In this document: positions 1-10,578 of the stretch, piece by piece
Layout of the letters: every line of letters starts with the position of its first letter
How positions within the stretch are numbered: position 1 is the first letter of the stretch
Assembly (NCBI GenBank): GCA_964188305.1
Contig: OZ076892.1
Length of the DNA: 64,000 nt
From: Podarcis bocagei
Taxonomy: Eukaryota
Reading direction: 5' to 3' (one strand)
Made by a program: the position numbers and the translations under genes
The notes under the pieces: model-generated
Seen by the model: only the letters and a program-made list of their open reading frames with translations
Told to the model about the DNA's origin: nothing
Database searches by the model: none

Positions 1-43
1 CCCCGCCCCTGCATTTCTCGCCTTTCCAAGCCTTAGAGAGTAC

Positions 44-171
44 CTGATCACTCATGAGCAGGTCCAAGAGCTCCTCTTCAAATCTCTCCAACGAAGGGTA
101 GAGGTGGATGGACAGCTTCTCCAAGTACCACGTCACTGTCTTCATGAGTCGTGGTTTCTGGAATAAGTCTC
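44..171 (-). CDS. NPHP4: NPHP4 coding exon 6 in window (gene continues beyond window start): (G)DLFQKPRLMKTVTWYLEKLSIHLYPSLERFEEELLDLLMSDQ
   Basis: Minus-strand acceptor ctctttgcag|GA; the phase-1 start joins the previous exon. The peptide matches recalled human NPHP4 GDALRKPRLQK...LYPSLEKFEEELL. The donor CAG|gtactc is plausible, but the 3' boundary is less certain. Confidence 0.9.
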
Positions 172-530
172 CTGCAAAGAGAGTCACGGGTCATGGCATA
201 ACCAAGGTTTCAAGTTGTGACATCACCTCACTTTGTTCAATGTTCACGAATTTATGAGCCCATTTCATAGCTCTTTCTCCTTCTCACAATGCTGATGTTT
301 TTTCGTCTAGGGAGCACTTTGCCCAAGTAAGGTTTTGCAATTGTTTTTGAAAACAGCATTATTGGTTACGTTGCTGAAATTCACACAAAAAGATTCTTTC
401 AAAAAACAATACAGTCAGAAGCATCAAAATTCCACAAGCAATTTATTTCATTTTACTACAGACGTACGATGCAGGTGTTTGTGGAAAGAAGATCAGCAAA
501 GTGAAGCCAATGTAGCGGGGTTTATTATTA

Positions 531-949
531 CAGTGGTACCTCGGGTTAAGAACTTAATTCGTTCTGGAGGTCCATTCTTAACCTGAAACTGTTCTTAACC
601 TGAAACACCACTTTAGCTAATGGGGCCTCTTGCTGCCGCTGCGCCGCCGGAGCATGATTTCTGTTCTCATTCTGAAGCAAAGTTCTTAACCCGAGGTACT
701 ATTTCTGGGTTAGTGGAGTCTGTAACCTGAAGCAGTGGCGTAGCATGGGGGGTGCAGGGGGGGCCGGCCGCACCGGGCGCAACATCTGGGGGTTAGGGTT
801 AGGGGGCGCAAATCCAAGGGTTAGGGGGCGCAAATCCACAGGTTAGAAGGCGCAAATTACTTGCCTTGCCCCGGGTGCTGACAACCCACGCTACGCCACT
901 GACCTGAAGCGTCTGTAACCTGAAGCGTCTGTAACCCGAGATACCACTG
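531..949. mobile_element. Tc1/mariner-pogo (Tigger-like) MITE, TA TSD, interrupted by a nested hAT MITE
   Basis: TA|CAGTGGTACCTCGGGTTA ... TAACCCGAGATACCACTG|TA; same family as 58422, 59628 and 60627. Confidence 0.9.
733..901. mobile_element. hAT-type MITE, short form (TIR CAGTGGCGTAGC)
   Basis: TIRs CAGTGGCGTAGC/GCTACGCCACTG; perfect 8-bp TSD ACCTGAAG at 725-732 and 902-909. Confidence 0.92.
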
Positions 950-2418
950 TATTACAAAAATAAGAATTAAAAGTCCAGGGCATCATAATTCCACATGCAT
1001 TTGTGAAATCTCACTCAATGTGTACTCATCTCAATGAAGATAGGAGGGGGCTATCAACGGCTATTAGCCATTATGGCTATGCTCTGGCTCCACAGTTGGA
1101 GGAAGCAATTCTTCTGAATAGCAGTTGCTGGAAACCACAATAGGGAAGAGGGCTCTTGTGCTAAGGCCCTGGCTGCCTGTTTCCCCACAGGCAACTAGTT
1201 GGCCCCTGTGAGAACAGGATGCTGGACTAGATGGGCCATTGGCCTGATTCAGAAGGACTCTTCATACAGTACATTCTCAGCAGCACTTAGAGAATTTATT
1301 TGCAATTCATATATAGGGCAAGCTCTGGAATCCAGGGCCTGAAGTTCCTGGAGAAGTTTGAGCCTCTGTACATACTTTGTACTACCCAACGTCACTTTAA
1401 TATTCAGAAAGCCTGAATATAAAATGTTCAGCCAGTGGTATGGAAATTAATCCTGCAAGTATTATCAGATGTTGAAATTTCAGGCTGCCAGAGCTGATTT
1501 TCTTCATTTATAGCGGAAATCTGCAGAAAGCATAGTGATATTGGAAGCTTGTACTGGAAGTAATTTTTTACTGTACTGTAACTCTTCATCCACTGACAAC
1601 TTCATTGAATTTAATAGGAGATTCATTAAAAACAAAAGAGAAGGCGGTTTGAGAACATGCGTTAGTAGCAACTGAAACAGTTGGGGCTTGGTGTTGAAAA
1701 AAATGTACATCGTGCCCTCTGACTCCACGCGGCTGAGGGAAATTCTTGATATTATTGGAAACTGACTGAACTAATAAACTAACATAATAGGGGTTATATT
1801 CCATGACGCTTAGGAGAGAAATGAAAGGTGTTTCTCAGTTATTAGAATACATATTGGAACAATTGTCACTGGGAAAACTTATTTTTGTGATTTAATATCT
1901 GTTCTACATGTGCTTAATGGAATAAATATATTGTATGCAGCGTCACTGGAATGACATATATTTACAATTTAATACATATTACATACGTTGGATCTTTTTC
2001 TTGCTTTGCTTTAAATTAAAAATCAATATAAAAACGGATTGATGTTTCTGTGCCTGCGTGATTGCAGGCTCCCATATATCATTTCTTTCTTTAAAAAAAA
2101 GAAAAGTAAGAAAGAAACCCACAAAGTGTCATGTGGCACAGGCAAGGCAGTTTATTGCGGCATCTGCTTTTGAGGGACAAACTCCACAACAAAGGCTAAG
2201 TCTGAAGGCAACTCTGTGGCTGGTGTGAGTTGGATGGGTGTCACTTGAGGACCTCAGGGCTTCAAGCAGGAGTATTTTCTCAGCTCTGCCTGGAGATGCT
2301 AGGGATTGAATGTGGAGGCGTCTGAATGCAAAGAGGAAGGCCTTTTTTAGACTATGGCTGGGCCTATTTGACCCCAATACAGTGTTTGTAATGTCATTTT
2401 TATGTAAGCATGTTATAA

Positions 2419-2766
2419 GGTAAAGGTAAAGGGACCCCTGACCATTACGTCCAGTTGTGGACGACTCTGGGGTTGCAGCGCTCATCTCGCTTTATTGGCC
2501 GAGGGAGCCGGCGTACAGCTTCCGGGTCATGTGGCCAGCGGGACTAAGCCGCTTCTGGCGAACCAGAGCAGTGCACGGAAATGCCGTTTATCTTCCCGCC
2601 AGAGCAGTACCTATTTATCTACTTGCACTTTGACGTGCTTTCAAACTGCTAGGTTGGCAGGAGCAGGGACTGAGCAACGGGAGCTCACCCCGTCGCGGGG
2701 ATTCGAACCGCCGACCTTCTGATCAGCAAGCCCTAGGCTTTGTGGTTTAACCCACATCGCCACCCG
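2419..2766 (-). mobile_element. Sauria-type SINE (lacertid subfamily)
   Basis: tRNA-like head with B-box GGTTCGAATCC on the minus strand, (ACCTTT)n tail; TSD atgtaagcatgtta at 2402-2415 and 2768-2781. Confidence 0.92.
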
Positions 2767-5700
2767 AATGTAAGCATGTTAGGGGAATAAAAAAGAAAAG
2801 AAAAACACAGAACACAGAGTGTCCACTCATCAGCCCTGTAAGCATTCATTTTTACCCATGCTTTTGGCCTGTTAAAGTTGTGGAGGGGGACTGTTATTAT
2901 GCTTATGTTATTATTATGAAACCTGTTATTATCTTTTCATTATTATGCTCTGTAAAATGTGTTCTTCATGTTGTACACACCACCCTTGGATCTTTTGAGA
3001 AAGGGTGGTTTGTAAATCGAATTAACAGCAGCAACCAGCAAAGTGGCTTTGCCGACTGCCCACACAATGTCAGCAAGAAGCAGAGCTCTGTGAGAGCCTC
3101 TGTGGAAGAAGCAGCATTTATACCAGGCCTCAAAAAGCAATGAACTGCATAAAATCTTATACTAAAAGAGATTGAGGGGGGCACGGGTCTTCTCACCTTT
3201 TTCTTCAAAAAAAAAAAAAATTCCCAACAAGAAGTACAATAAATAAACAAATGCTAAAACTGCTGATGCTATCTGAGCCCTACTACAAAAAACGCCTTGG
3301 GCGACAAATTGTAGCATTCAATCCTTCAAAGAAAAGCGCATCAGGAAAGAACTGGAACAGATGTTCTCTCCCTTTGGCTCAGCCTTCCCCCCGCCCCGCC
3401 CCTTCTCTGGCCGGCCCGGAGAAAGTTGCACTTGAGTTAATTCAAGCATGGGAAGAAAACCAGCAGCAAGGCAGCAACCTCTTCCTGAGCCCCTCTGTAA
3501 GGTTCCATGCTGGTCTTTCCAACAGAAAGCCTTGGGGCCCACCATGTCAACACCTGGGGCCCTTCCAAAGGCATCTGCCAGGGAGAGGGAGGACAGGAGA
3601 TGAAATATAGGCCGGTAGTCGGAAATGCTGTAGTGGTAGTAGGTGGAAGGGTATTAGTTTAGATGGCTTTGAAAACAGAACTGGGCAGATTCATGAAGGA
3701 TGTTTCTAGCCTGCACCAAAAACGGTGGGTTTGGAAGCAAGAGAGCTCTCCAGGGTGAAAAGGTAAGGAGCCAGCACTAAGATTCAAAGGTATCTCTAGC
3801 AAGGAGCCCAAGCAGCAGCCTACAGACAGCAACAGAGGCTTCTCACAGCACACAGCTAAACTATGGAACTCACTCCCACAGGAGGCAGTGACAGCCACCA
3901 ACCTGGATGGCTTTAGAAGAGGATTACACAAATTCATGGAGGGGAAGGCTGTTAATGGCTACAAGCTGCAATGGCTATGCTCCACCTCCACGGTCGGAGG
4001 TGGCAAATGCTTTTGAATCCCAGTTGCTGGAAGCTGCAGGAGGGGAGAAATGCTCTTGTGCTCAAATCGTGCTTGCTGGTTTCCCGCAGGCATCTGGTTG
4101 GCCACTGTGAGAACAGGAAGCTGGAGTGGATAGACCGTTGGCCTGATCCAGTAGGCTCTTCTTATGTGGCAAATGCGTTTTGGAAATGCAAGAAGGCAAC
4201 AGAGATGGGTAGACATACTTTTCTGAGCCCCTCAAATTAGGGGAAACCTTTAATAAAAATTATAAATATGTCGCTAGGATAAAAGTACCAGATTTCATAG
4301 AGGTGGGTTGGAAGATCTTGGCTAATTATTTGAGTTAACCGGAGGGGGGTGCTGGAGAGCTTAGCCACCGCAAATCTACAGCAGAGCTAGTTAAGGGGAA
4401 GGGGGGGGGGATGGACTAAGCTAGCCTGATCCTCTCCCAGCCTGTGCTGCGCCAACAGCTTTGCAGAGCACCAGAGAGTCACCTTTCACCTGCACGACCC
4501 ATCCATCTCCATTACGCTAATGGAGGCTGGAGAGGTGTGATTCCAACCCTCTGCACAGCCAAGAGTGACTTTGCATGAAGTGACAAGGTTGCTAAGCTCG
4601 TCGCCGGGAAAAGCTCACGGCCAAACAGCAGCCAAGTGGGAGATTGATGAGCCTGTCGGCGGGGATGACGGATCAAGTTCCTTGAATCCCCAGGATACAG
4701 CTGCAGAAGAAAAGATCTTTAGGGCATGGCAGGAGAAGAAGGACCCACTTGGAAAGTCATCTGCATTAATGCAATGTCAGCTGGATTCTGTGGACAAGGA
4801 AGTGTCCAGAGGAGAGTTGGAGATTCTTAACATTTCCTTGCTGTGGGAATATTCCTGAAATAACAGCGGGCTGACTTCGGGGGCGAGCGTTGTCCACGCA
4901 TGACTCATATCTTTTCAGAGCATTTGAAGCACCACATACTAATTTTTAATATTTATCACGCACCTAAAAGCAACAGCAAGATACTCTACAGTGCTAAGAG
5001 ACACAGCATCTGGCTGGGGCTGATGGGAGTTGGGAGTCTAACAACATAGGGAGGGCCACAGGCTCCCCATCCCTGAATGAGACTGTTACTTGCATTTAAT
5101 GTCACTAGCTACCTCCATCACTCACCTGTACTGAACATAACGTAATAATAGCCTAGATACCTCCAACATCTCCTCCTCCTTTTAATGAAGGGATGAGCAA
5201 CCTGCTGACCTCCAGATCTACAGCTCCCATTATCCCTGACCACTCTGGCTGGGGCTGATGGGAGCTGGATTCCAGCAACACCTGGACAGGGTCAGCCCTG
5301 CCTTGCGCTACTCCAGTGACATGAAAGCTGTGAAGAGGCACATCGTCCCCTTGACTTGTTCCTCTCCCAGAATGGTTGCTGGGGTGAGGCGGCTCACCTT
5401 CAGAATCCTTGAGCTATTGCCAAGTGTTGTTTCCTCCTACTTACCTGCGGTGTGCCTGAAATCTACATGCCCGGAAGGGAAGAAAGTGGTAAGGGAAACC
5501 ATCCCATAATGCTTTTCTCCCCAAGAGGCAGCTGATTAAAGATTCTTGTCCTCCCCAAGATACACAACTGTGCATTACTGAGCCTGCACTGTATAGTTAG
5601 GAGGCACAGCCCCAGCGACACAGAAAGCACCCGGCAATAGAATGAAATAATACATCTCTGGCTGGCGGAGCAGTTTAAGAGCCGCAGGAAGTGCTGGGAA

Positions 5701-6164
5701 CGGAGAGTTTCTGACAAATTAGCTTTGCTAACACTAGAATCTGCCTTAATTCAATTTTGGGAGCCAAATATACCTCCTCAATTTCATAGAGGCTGTTATC
5801 CAAAGCTTCAGTGTATCAAATTACAGGGTACATTTGGCTGGAAGTGCCCATTTGCAGCCAATTTCAAGCCCTCGGCTCTGTCTTGTCCAGTAACCAAGTA
5901 GTATTTACTGTGGGGCCGTCTTGGTTAAGGAGAACAAACAAGAACAGAAGGGCTGGAGTGCTAACTTTGGAGGACACAGATCTTTGTCAAAGTAACACAG
6001 CCAGCAAGGGCCATTCCATGCCCAGAACTTAAAAAGATGAATCATTCATTAGGCTCTAGAGTGTGCGTTCCTGGTTGTGTGCGTGTGTGTGCCTGTGATT
6101 TTTTTTTCTGTCTGTCTAACTATGTGTGCTCTGATTGTGTGTGAGGATCTGGTCACTTTTATTA

Positions 6165-6492
6165 TGATTATCATTGCAGAGTTCAAAGGGACCCCCAAGA
6201 GTCATCTGGTCCAACCCCCTGCAGTGCAGGAATCACAACTAAAGAATCATTGACAAATGGCCACCCTACCTCTGCATAAAAACCTCCAATGAAGGAGAGT
6301 CTACCACCTTCCACTGTCAAACAGCTCTTCCCATCAGAAAGTTCTTCCTAATGTTTAGTTTGAATCTTCTTTCTTTTCTTTTAAATCCATTGGTTCAGGT
6401 CCTACCCTCTGGAGGAGCAGAAAACAAGCTTGCTCAATCTGAAATGTGGCAGTCCGTCAGACATTTGAAGTTGGTTTTCATATCACCTCTCA
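6165..6492 (-). mobile_element. CR1 LINE 3' fragment
   Basis: Homologous to 60760-61090 (ccactgtcaaacagctctt...aagttcttcctaatgtttag). Confidence 0.8.
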
Positions 6493-6496
6493 AAGT

Positions 6497-6925
6497 GCTG
6501 GGATTGACCTTTAAAGCCTTACGCAGCTAAGGACCTCAACACCTCAGGGACCGCTTCTCTCCACATGAACTGACCCAGACCCTTCAGTTGTTATCTGAGA
6601 CCCTTCTTTGTGTGGATCCTCCTTGGCAGACCTGGAGAGTAGCCATATGAGAACATGTCCTTTTCAGTGGTGGCTCCCCACTTGTGGAACATTCTTCACG
6701 GGGAGGCTCACCTGACACCATCATTACACAAACATTTCTTTTCCATCAGGCCTTGGGCCTCCTTGAGTGGGTGAGAGGTTTTAATCCTGCCTTTTAAAAA
6801 CAGGCTTGTCTTTTAGTTTGTGTTTGTTTTTTCCTTTTAATGCATGTGCTTGTTTATATATTGTAAGTCGCTCTGAGTTACCTTGGTAAGAAAAAGCGAC
6901 CAATAAATTTAATAAATAAATATAA
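6497..6925 (+). mobile_element. Degenerate L2 LINE 3' fragment
   Basis: gacctttaaagcctta...ttttcagtggtggctccccacttgtggaac... followed by an (AATA)n tail. Confidence 0.65.
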
Positions 6926-7080
6926 ATGAATAAATGTTAAAAGCAGTTTCGAATGACTTAAAACTGCAGAAATAAGGCGGGTCCTAAAAAAATATGTATC
7001 TCAAGTGCAGAAAAGCCAGGGTAAAGCAGTGCATCTTCAGCATTTACCAAAAGGTATATAATGAAGCCCACAACATAGAG

Positions 7081-7326
7081 CATGGGTAGGCAAACTAAGG
7101 CCTGGAGGCCGGATGCGGCCCAATCACCTTCTAAATCTGGCCTGCAGACAGTCTGGGAATCATTGTGTTTTTACATGAGTAGAATGTGTCCTTTTATTTA
7201 AAATGCATCTCTGGGTTATTTGTGGGGCATAGGAATTTTTTTTTCTTTTCAAAATATAGTCCGGCCCCCCATAAGGTCTGAGGGACAGTGGACCGGCCCC
7301 CTGGTGAAAAAGTTTGCTGACCCCTG
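7081..7326. mobile_element. hAT-Charlie-type MITE
   Basis: TIRs CATGGGTAGGCAAACT/AGTTTGCTGACCCCTG; TSD acatagag/acataggg (7 of 8); internal GCGGCCC motifs. Confidence 0.8.
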
Positions 7327-7908
7327 ACATAGGGTCTGCCACAGAGAATTTTGAAATGCCCACTTTTAGACTCTCAACAGCTTTCCAAGGAAGCAATGAA
7401 ATTTCTGGGCCCCCTACCTAAAATGTTCCCCATCCCCGAGTTTCAACTTTTGGATGAAGATGGAGTCAAAGGGGTGCTCAGCACAACCCAAAAATGTGCA
7501 TTGAGGGAGAGCTTTGAAATTTGATACCCTCCCTTTCCTCTGAAATCTCAGACTGAAATCCAATTAAAGTGAGAGGGCTTTTATTTCTGGGCCTCTGTGG
7601 CTCAAACGAGGGATCTCGTGACCTGGGGCTAGAATCAAGTCTAATGAGCTCCCACAGGCTGCATGTTCAGGCCTTCAGGTACAAAGACCAAGGGAAAACA
7701 TTGCCCCCCACAACTGACAGGTCACATGAAGCCTCTAGTAGACTAGCCTGGCCTGCTACAAGTACCACGAAACCTGTCCTTCTGCCCTTGTCGGATCAAA
7801 CAAGTTGGGATCTTTCACCTCCTCCATTTCAAAGCTCTAGTGCCTCCGGTCTAAACTCCCAACACTAGCCACTGGTCTCAGAGAACCTGTTTAGTTGCAA
7901 GTCACTTT

Positions 7909-7943
7909 AACCAACCAACCAACCAACCAACCAACCAACCAAC
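7909..7943 (+). repeat. (AACC)n microsatellite
   Basis: Direct observation. Confidence 0.95.
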
Positions 7944-9255
7944 AAAAAACATGTTTAGGTCTAGTTGCAGGGCATGACTCCACCTCCCCTACCACTTCCT
8001 ACCACCCAGGAAGTCTGCAATATACAGGACCTTCCTATACACAGGTCACTTTGTTAGCTGTCCAGCACAGACAACAATCGGGAAATCCGGCTGTACGAGT
8101 ACAGCTGGTGAATGTTAATTTGGGTGCTCTGGGAATGGCCATGTGACAGAGTGCGGCCTGGCTTGTTTGCGGATAAAGAGAGAGTGTGCATACAGGTACA
8201 CACAAACCTCAGAAACCTGCTCCCTTCCCCTCTCCATCCCTTCAGATCCTCACCTTTAACCATTTCCCAATTCCCAAACAGTCACGTAAATATGCAACCG
8301 GACAGGATATTTGTTGCATGTTGCTCTCCTCCGTTTGCCCACCTACATTCCTGACCTACTGCTTTGGCTAAGCATAGAAGTCATTGCCACTTTTAATGAG
8401 TGGGAGGTTCATTGATTGCTAGGCATGCAAATAGGTAGGGATTGGTATAACAGTTGCCAATGCCACAAAGGAACAGAAGGCTCCAGTCAAGCACAAGAAA
8501 GCAGGGAACTTCCCCTTCGCATTCTTTTGGGGAATACACATTTAGGGAGCTCTGACCTAAGCTGAAAGTTACCTGAGTTCTGAGCACAGTCTGTTAAGTT
8601 TCCCCTATACTGCAAAACAAGACTAAAGCCCTAAGAGGTGGACACTTGTGGTAAAGCCAATCAGAACAGAAATCCTTCAAGTGTTTCTGGAAACTGCAGA
8701 TAGTGGGTGCCTGTCACATCTCGACAGGGATGCTATGCCACAGGACACTGGCAGCCACACTAAAAGCCCTGCTCTCAATCACCGCAGAGTCTTTCATATT
8801 AGTGCCAGCACTTTGAACCTGGCACAGTAGCAGATTGGTAGCCACCGCAAATCCTGCAAGTAGGGTGCTATATGCTGGCAGTAGTTTGCCTACTTAAGCA
8901 ACCGAAGTCTCTGTGTTCTGAACCGGCTGCAGCCTCTGGACTAACATAAAGGGTAGCCCCACACAGAGTGTGATTTATTGAAGTGATTTATCAGCAAGTT
9001 TTCCAGTCATCACACATTTTCGGTCTTGAGGAATTCAGCAGGTCAAATCCAGGAAAGTATACAATTTTAGCACAGTTAAGAGGAAGGCTAAAAGGATGAG
9101 CAGTCACAGTGCCAAAACCCTGAACTGCCGCTGCCAGCCAGTGTTGACAGTACAGAGCAAGATGGACCAATGGCCTGGCTTGGTATAATGCAGCTTCCAT
9201 CCTATGCTGCTAGTCTTTCACACTGCAAAAAGAAAAAGTGTGTCTTTCACAATAC

Positions 9256-9405
9256 CTTCATGTGCTGCTAGCATGCCAGGGATTCTCTGCAAGCTGGACA
9301 CAGGGGTGTTCTCTGGCAGGAGGTGATAGACAGCCTCCAGGGGTGGGTGTGGCTGCAAGCTGCATTGAAGATGGCAGCTGTCAATCGCCATCAGGTTCTT
9401 GTTCA
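9256..9405 (-). CDS. NPHP4: NPHP4 coding exon 5: (M)NKNLMAIDSCHLQCSLQPHPPLEAVYHLLPENTPVSSLQRIPGMLAAHE(G)
   Basis: Acceptor tcttctttctttag|TG, donor GAAG|gtattg; 150 nt, phase 1-1. Matches recalled human [39 protein letters not shown]. Confidence 0.95.
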
Positions 9406-10091
9406 CTAAAGAAAGAAGAATAGGAAACTTTTTTTCTTAATTCAGTGAGACCAAGAAGTGCCCTGCTTTGCCCAAGAAAATAAGCCACACTGAAATGGAA
9501 GACAGCACGACTCCTATGGATTGCTTTCAACTAAGTTTATTCAGAATAAACCCACTGAAATTAATGAAATGAAATAGCCAAGGCTATTAATACTGAGGGG
9601 TGTACTCAAAGTACAATTGGGGGCATCTCTGGATCATTAGCCTGTTGGTGTGTGTATGTGTGTTGTGTATGTGTGTAAGGTTATATGTATGCATAGGGGG
9701 GATTTTAAAGAAGTGCTTCTTTGCTCATCCCCGCTGGACAAGCCACACCCAAAATTCTTTCTTTTGCACTGTTCTAAAGGGAGCTGGAACTCAATCAGAA
9801 GCACAGGCTTAGCAGACAATGGTTTCATCCCCACAAAGTGCTACGTCATGGTTTGTTTTAACCATAGTTTGTCCAACATCTCACTGATGAACAAACAACC
9901 CACATCTTCACTCTCCAAATTTTCCTGCTGCTCTTCCCTCTCATGGCTCTGTAAGCCAGAAAGCACCTGGGCTGGGGCTGCCAAACAAAGTGTGGTTAAG
10001 CAAGGCTGTTTGGTTTGGATGTTACACTAACCCACACTTAAAACAAGCTGTGGTCTGCAATTCTCGTGTGTTTATTGAGGATGCTTTACTT

Positions 10092-10578
10092 CAGTGTTTC
10101 CCAACCGGTGTTCCGCGGCACACGAGTGTGCCGTGAGACACCGGCTGGTGTGCCGCGAGATGCCTGGAGGGAGGCGGGCGAGTCGGGCGGCGAGAGGCGG
10201 GGCGGCGGCGGCGAGGAGAGGCCGCGCCTCCTGCTGCTGCCTGGCGCTCCTCCTCGCAGCCGGCAGCACTGCCTGGGCGCCTCCGCGCGACTCTGCCTCG
10301 CTGGGTTTGGTCTCCCAGCAGAGACGAGTCACACGCGCACCTCCCTCCCTCCCTCAGCCTGCGCGGAGGGAGAGCCAGAGAGAGGCATCGCTCCTGCGCG
10401 GCGGGAGAGGGAGCAGCCGGAGCGATGCCCCAAACGAAGGCATGGGACCGGAGGGGAAATCCTCCCGGCGTGACGCTGCGCGCTGACGTCACGGGGCGGG
10501 GCTTTAATGGTGGTGTGCCGCGAGATTTTTTTTCAGTAAAGAGGTGTGCCGTTGCCCAAAAACGTTTGGGAAACACTG
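10092..10578 (+). mobile_element. hAT (Charlie-like) non-autonomous element with a CpG-rich interior
   Basis: TIRs CAGTGTTTCCCAA/TTGGGAAACACTG; perfect 8-bp TSD CTTTACTT at 10084-10091 and 10579-10586. Confidence 0.92.

Noticed and set aside
786-860. Interstitial telomeric site or chromosome fusion scar
   Set aside because: There are only two tandem TTAGGG units, and they are inside a transposon with a perfect TSD.
2495-2722. Recurrent peptide 'AEGAGVQLPGHVAS...' in several ORFs
   Set aside because: It is the antisense translation of Sauria SINE copies, not a gene family.
4619-4700. 82-nt frameshifting cassette exon in NPHP4 (minus strand)
   Set aside because: The acceptor is good but the donor (GCC|GTGAGC) is weak and there is no homology; such pairs occur by chance in long introns.
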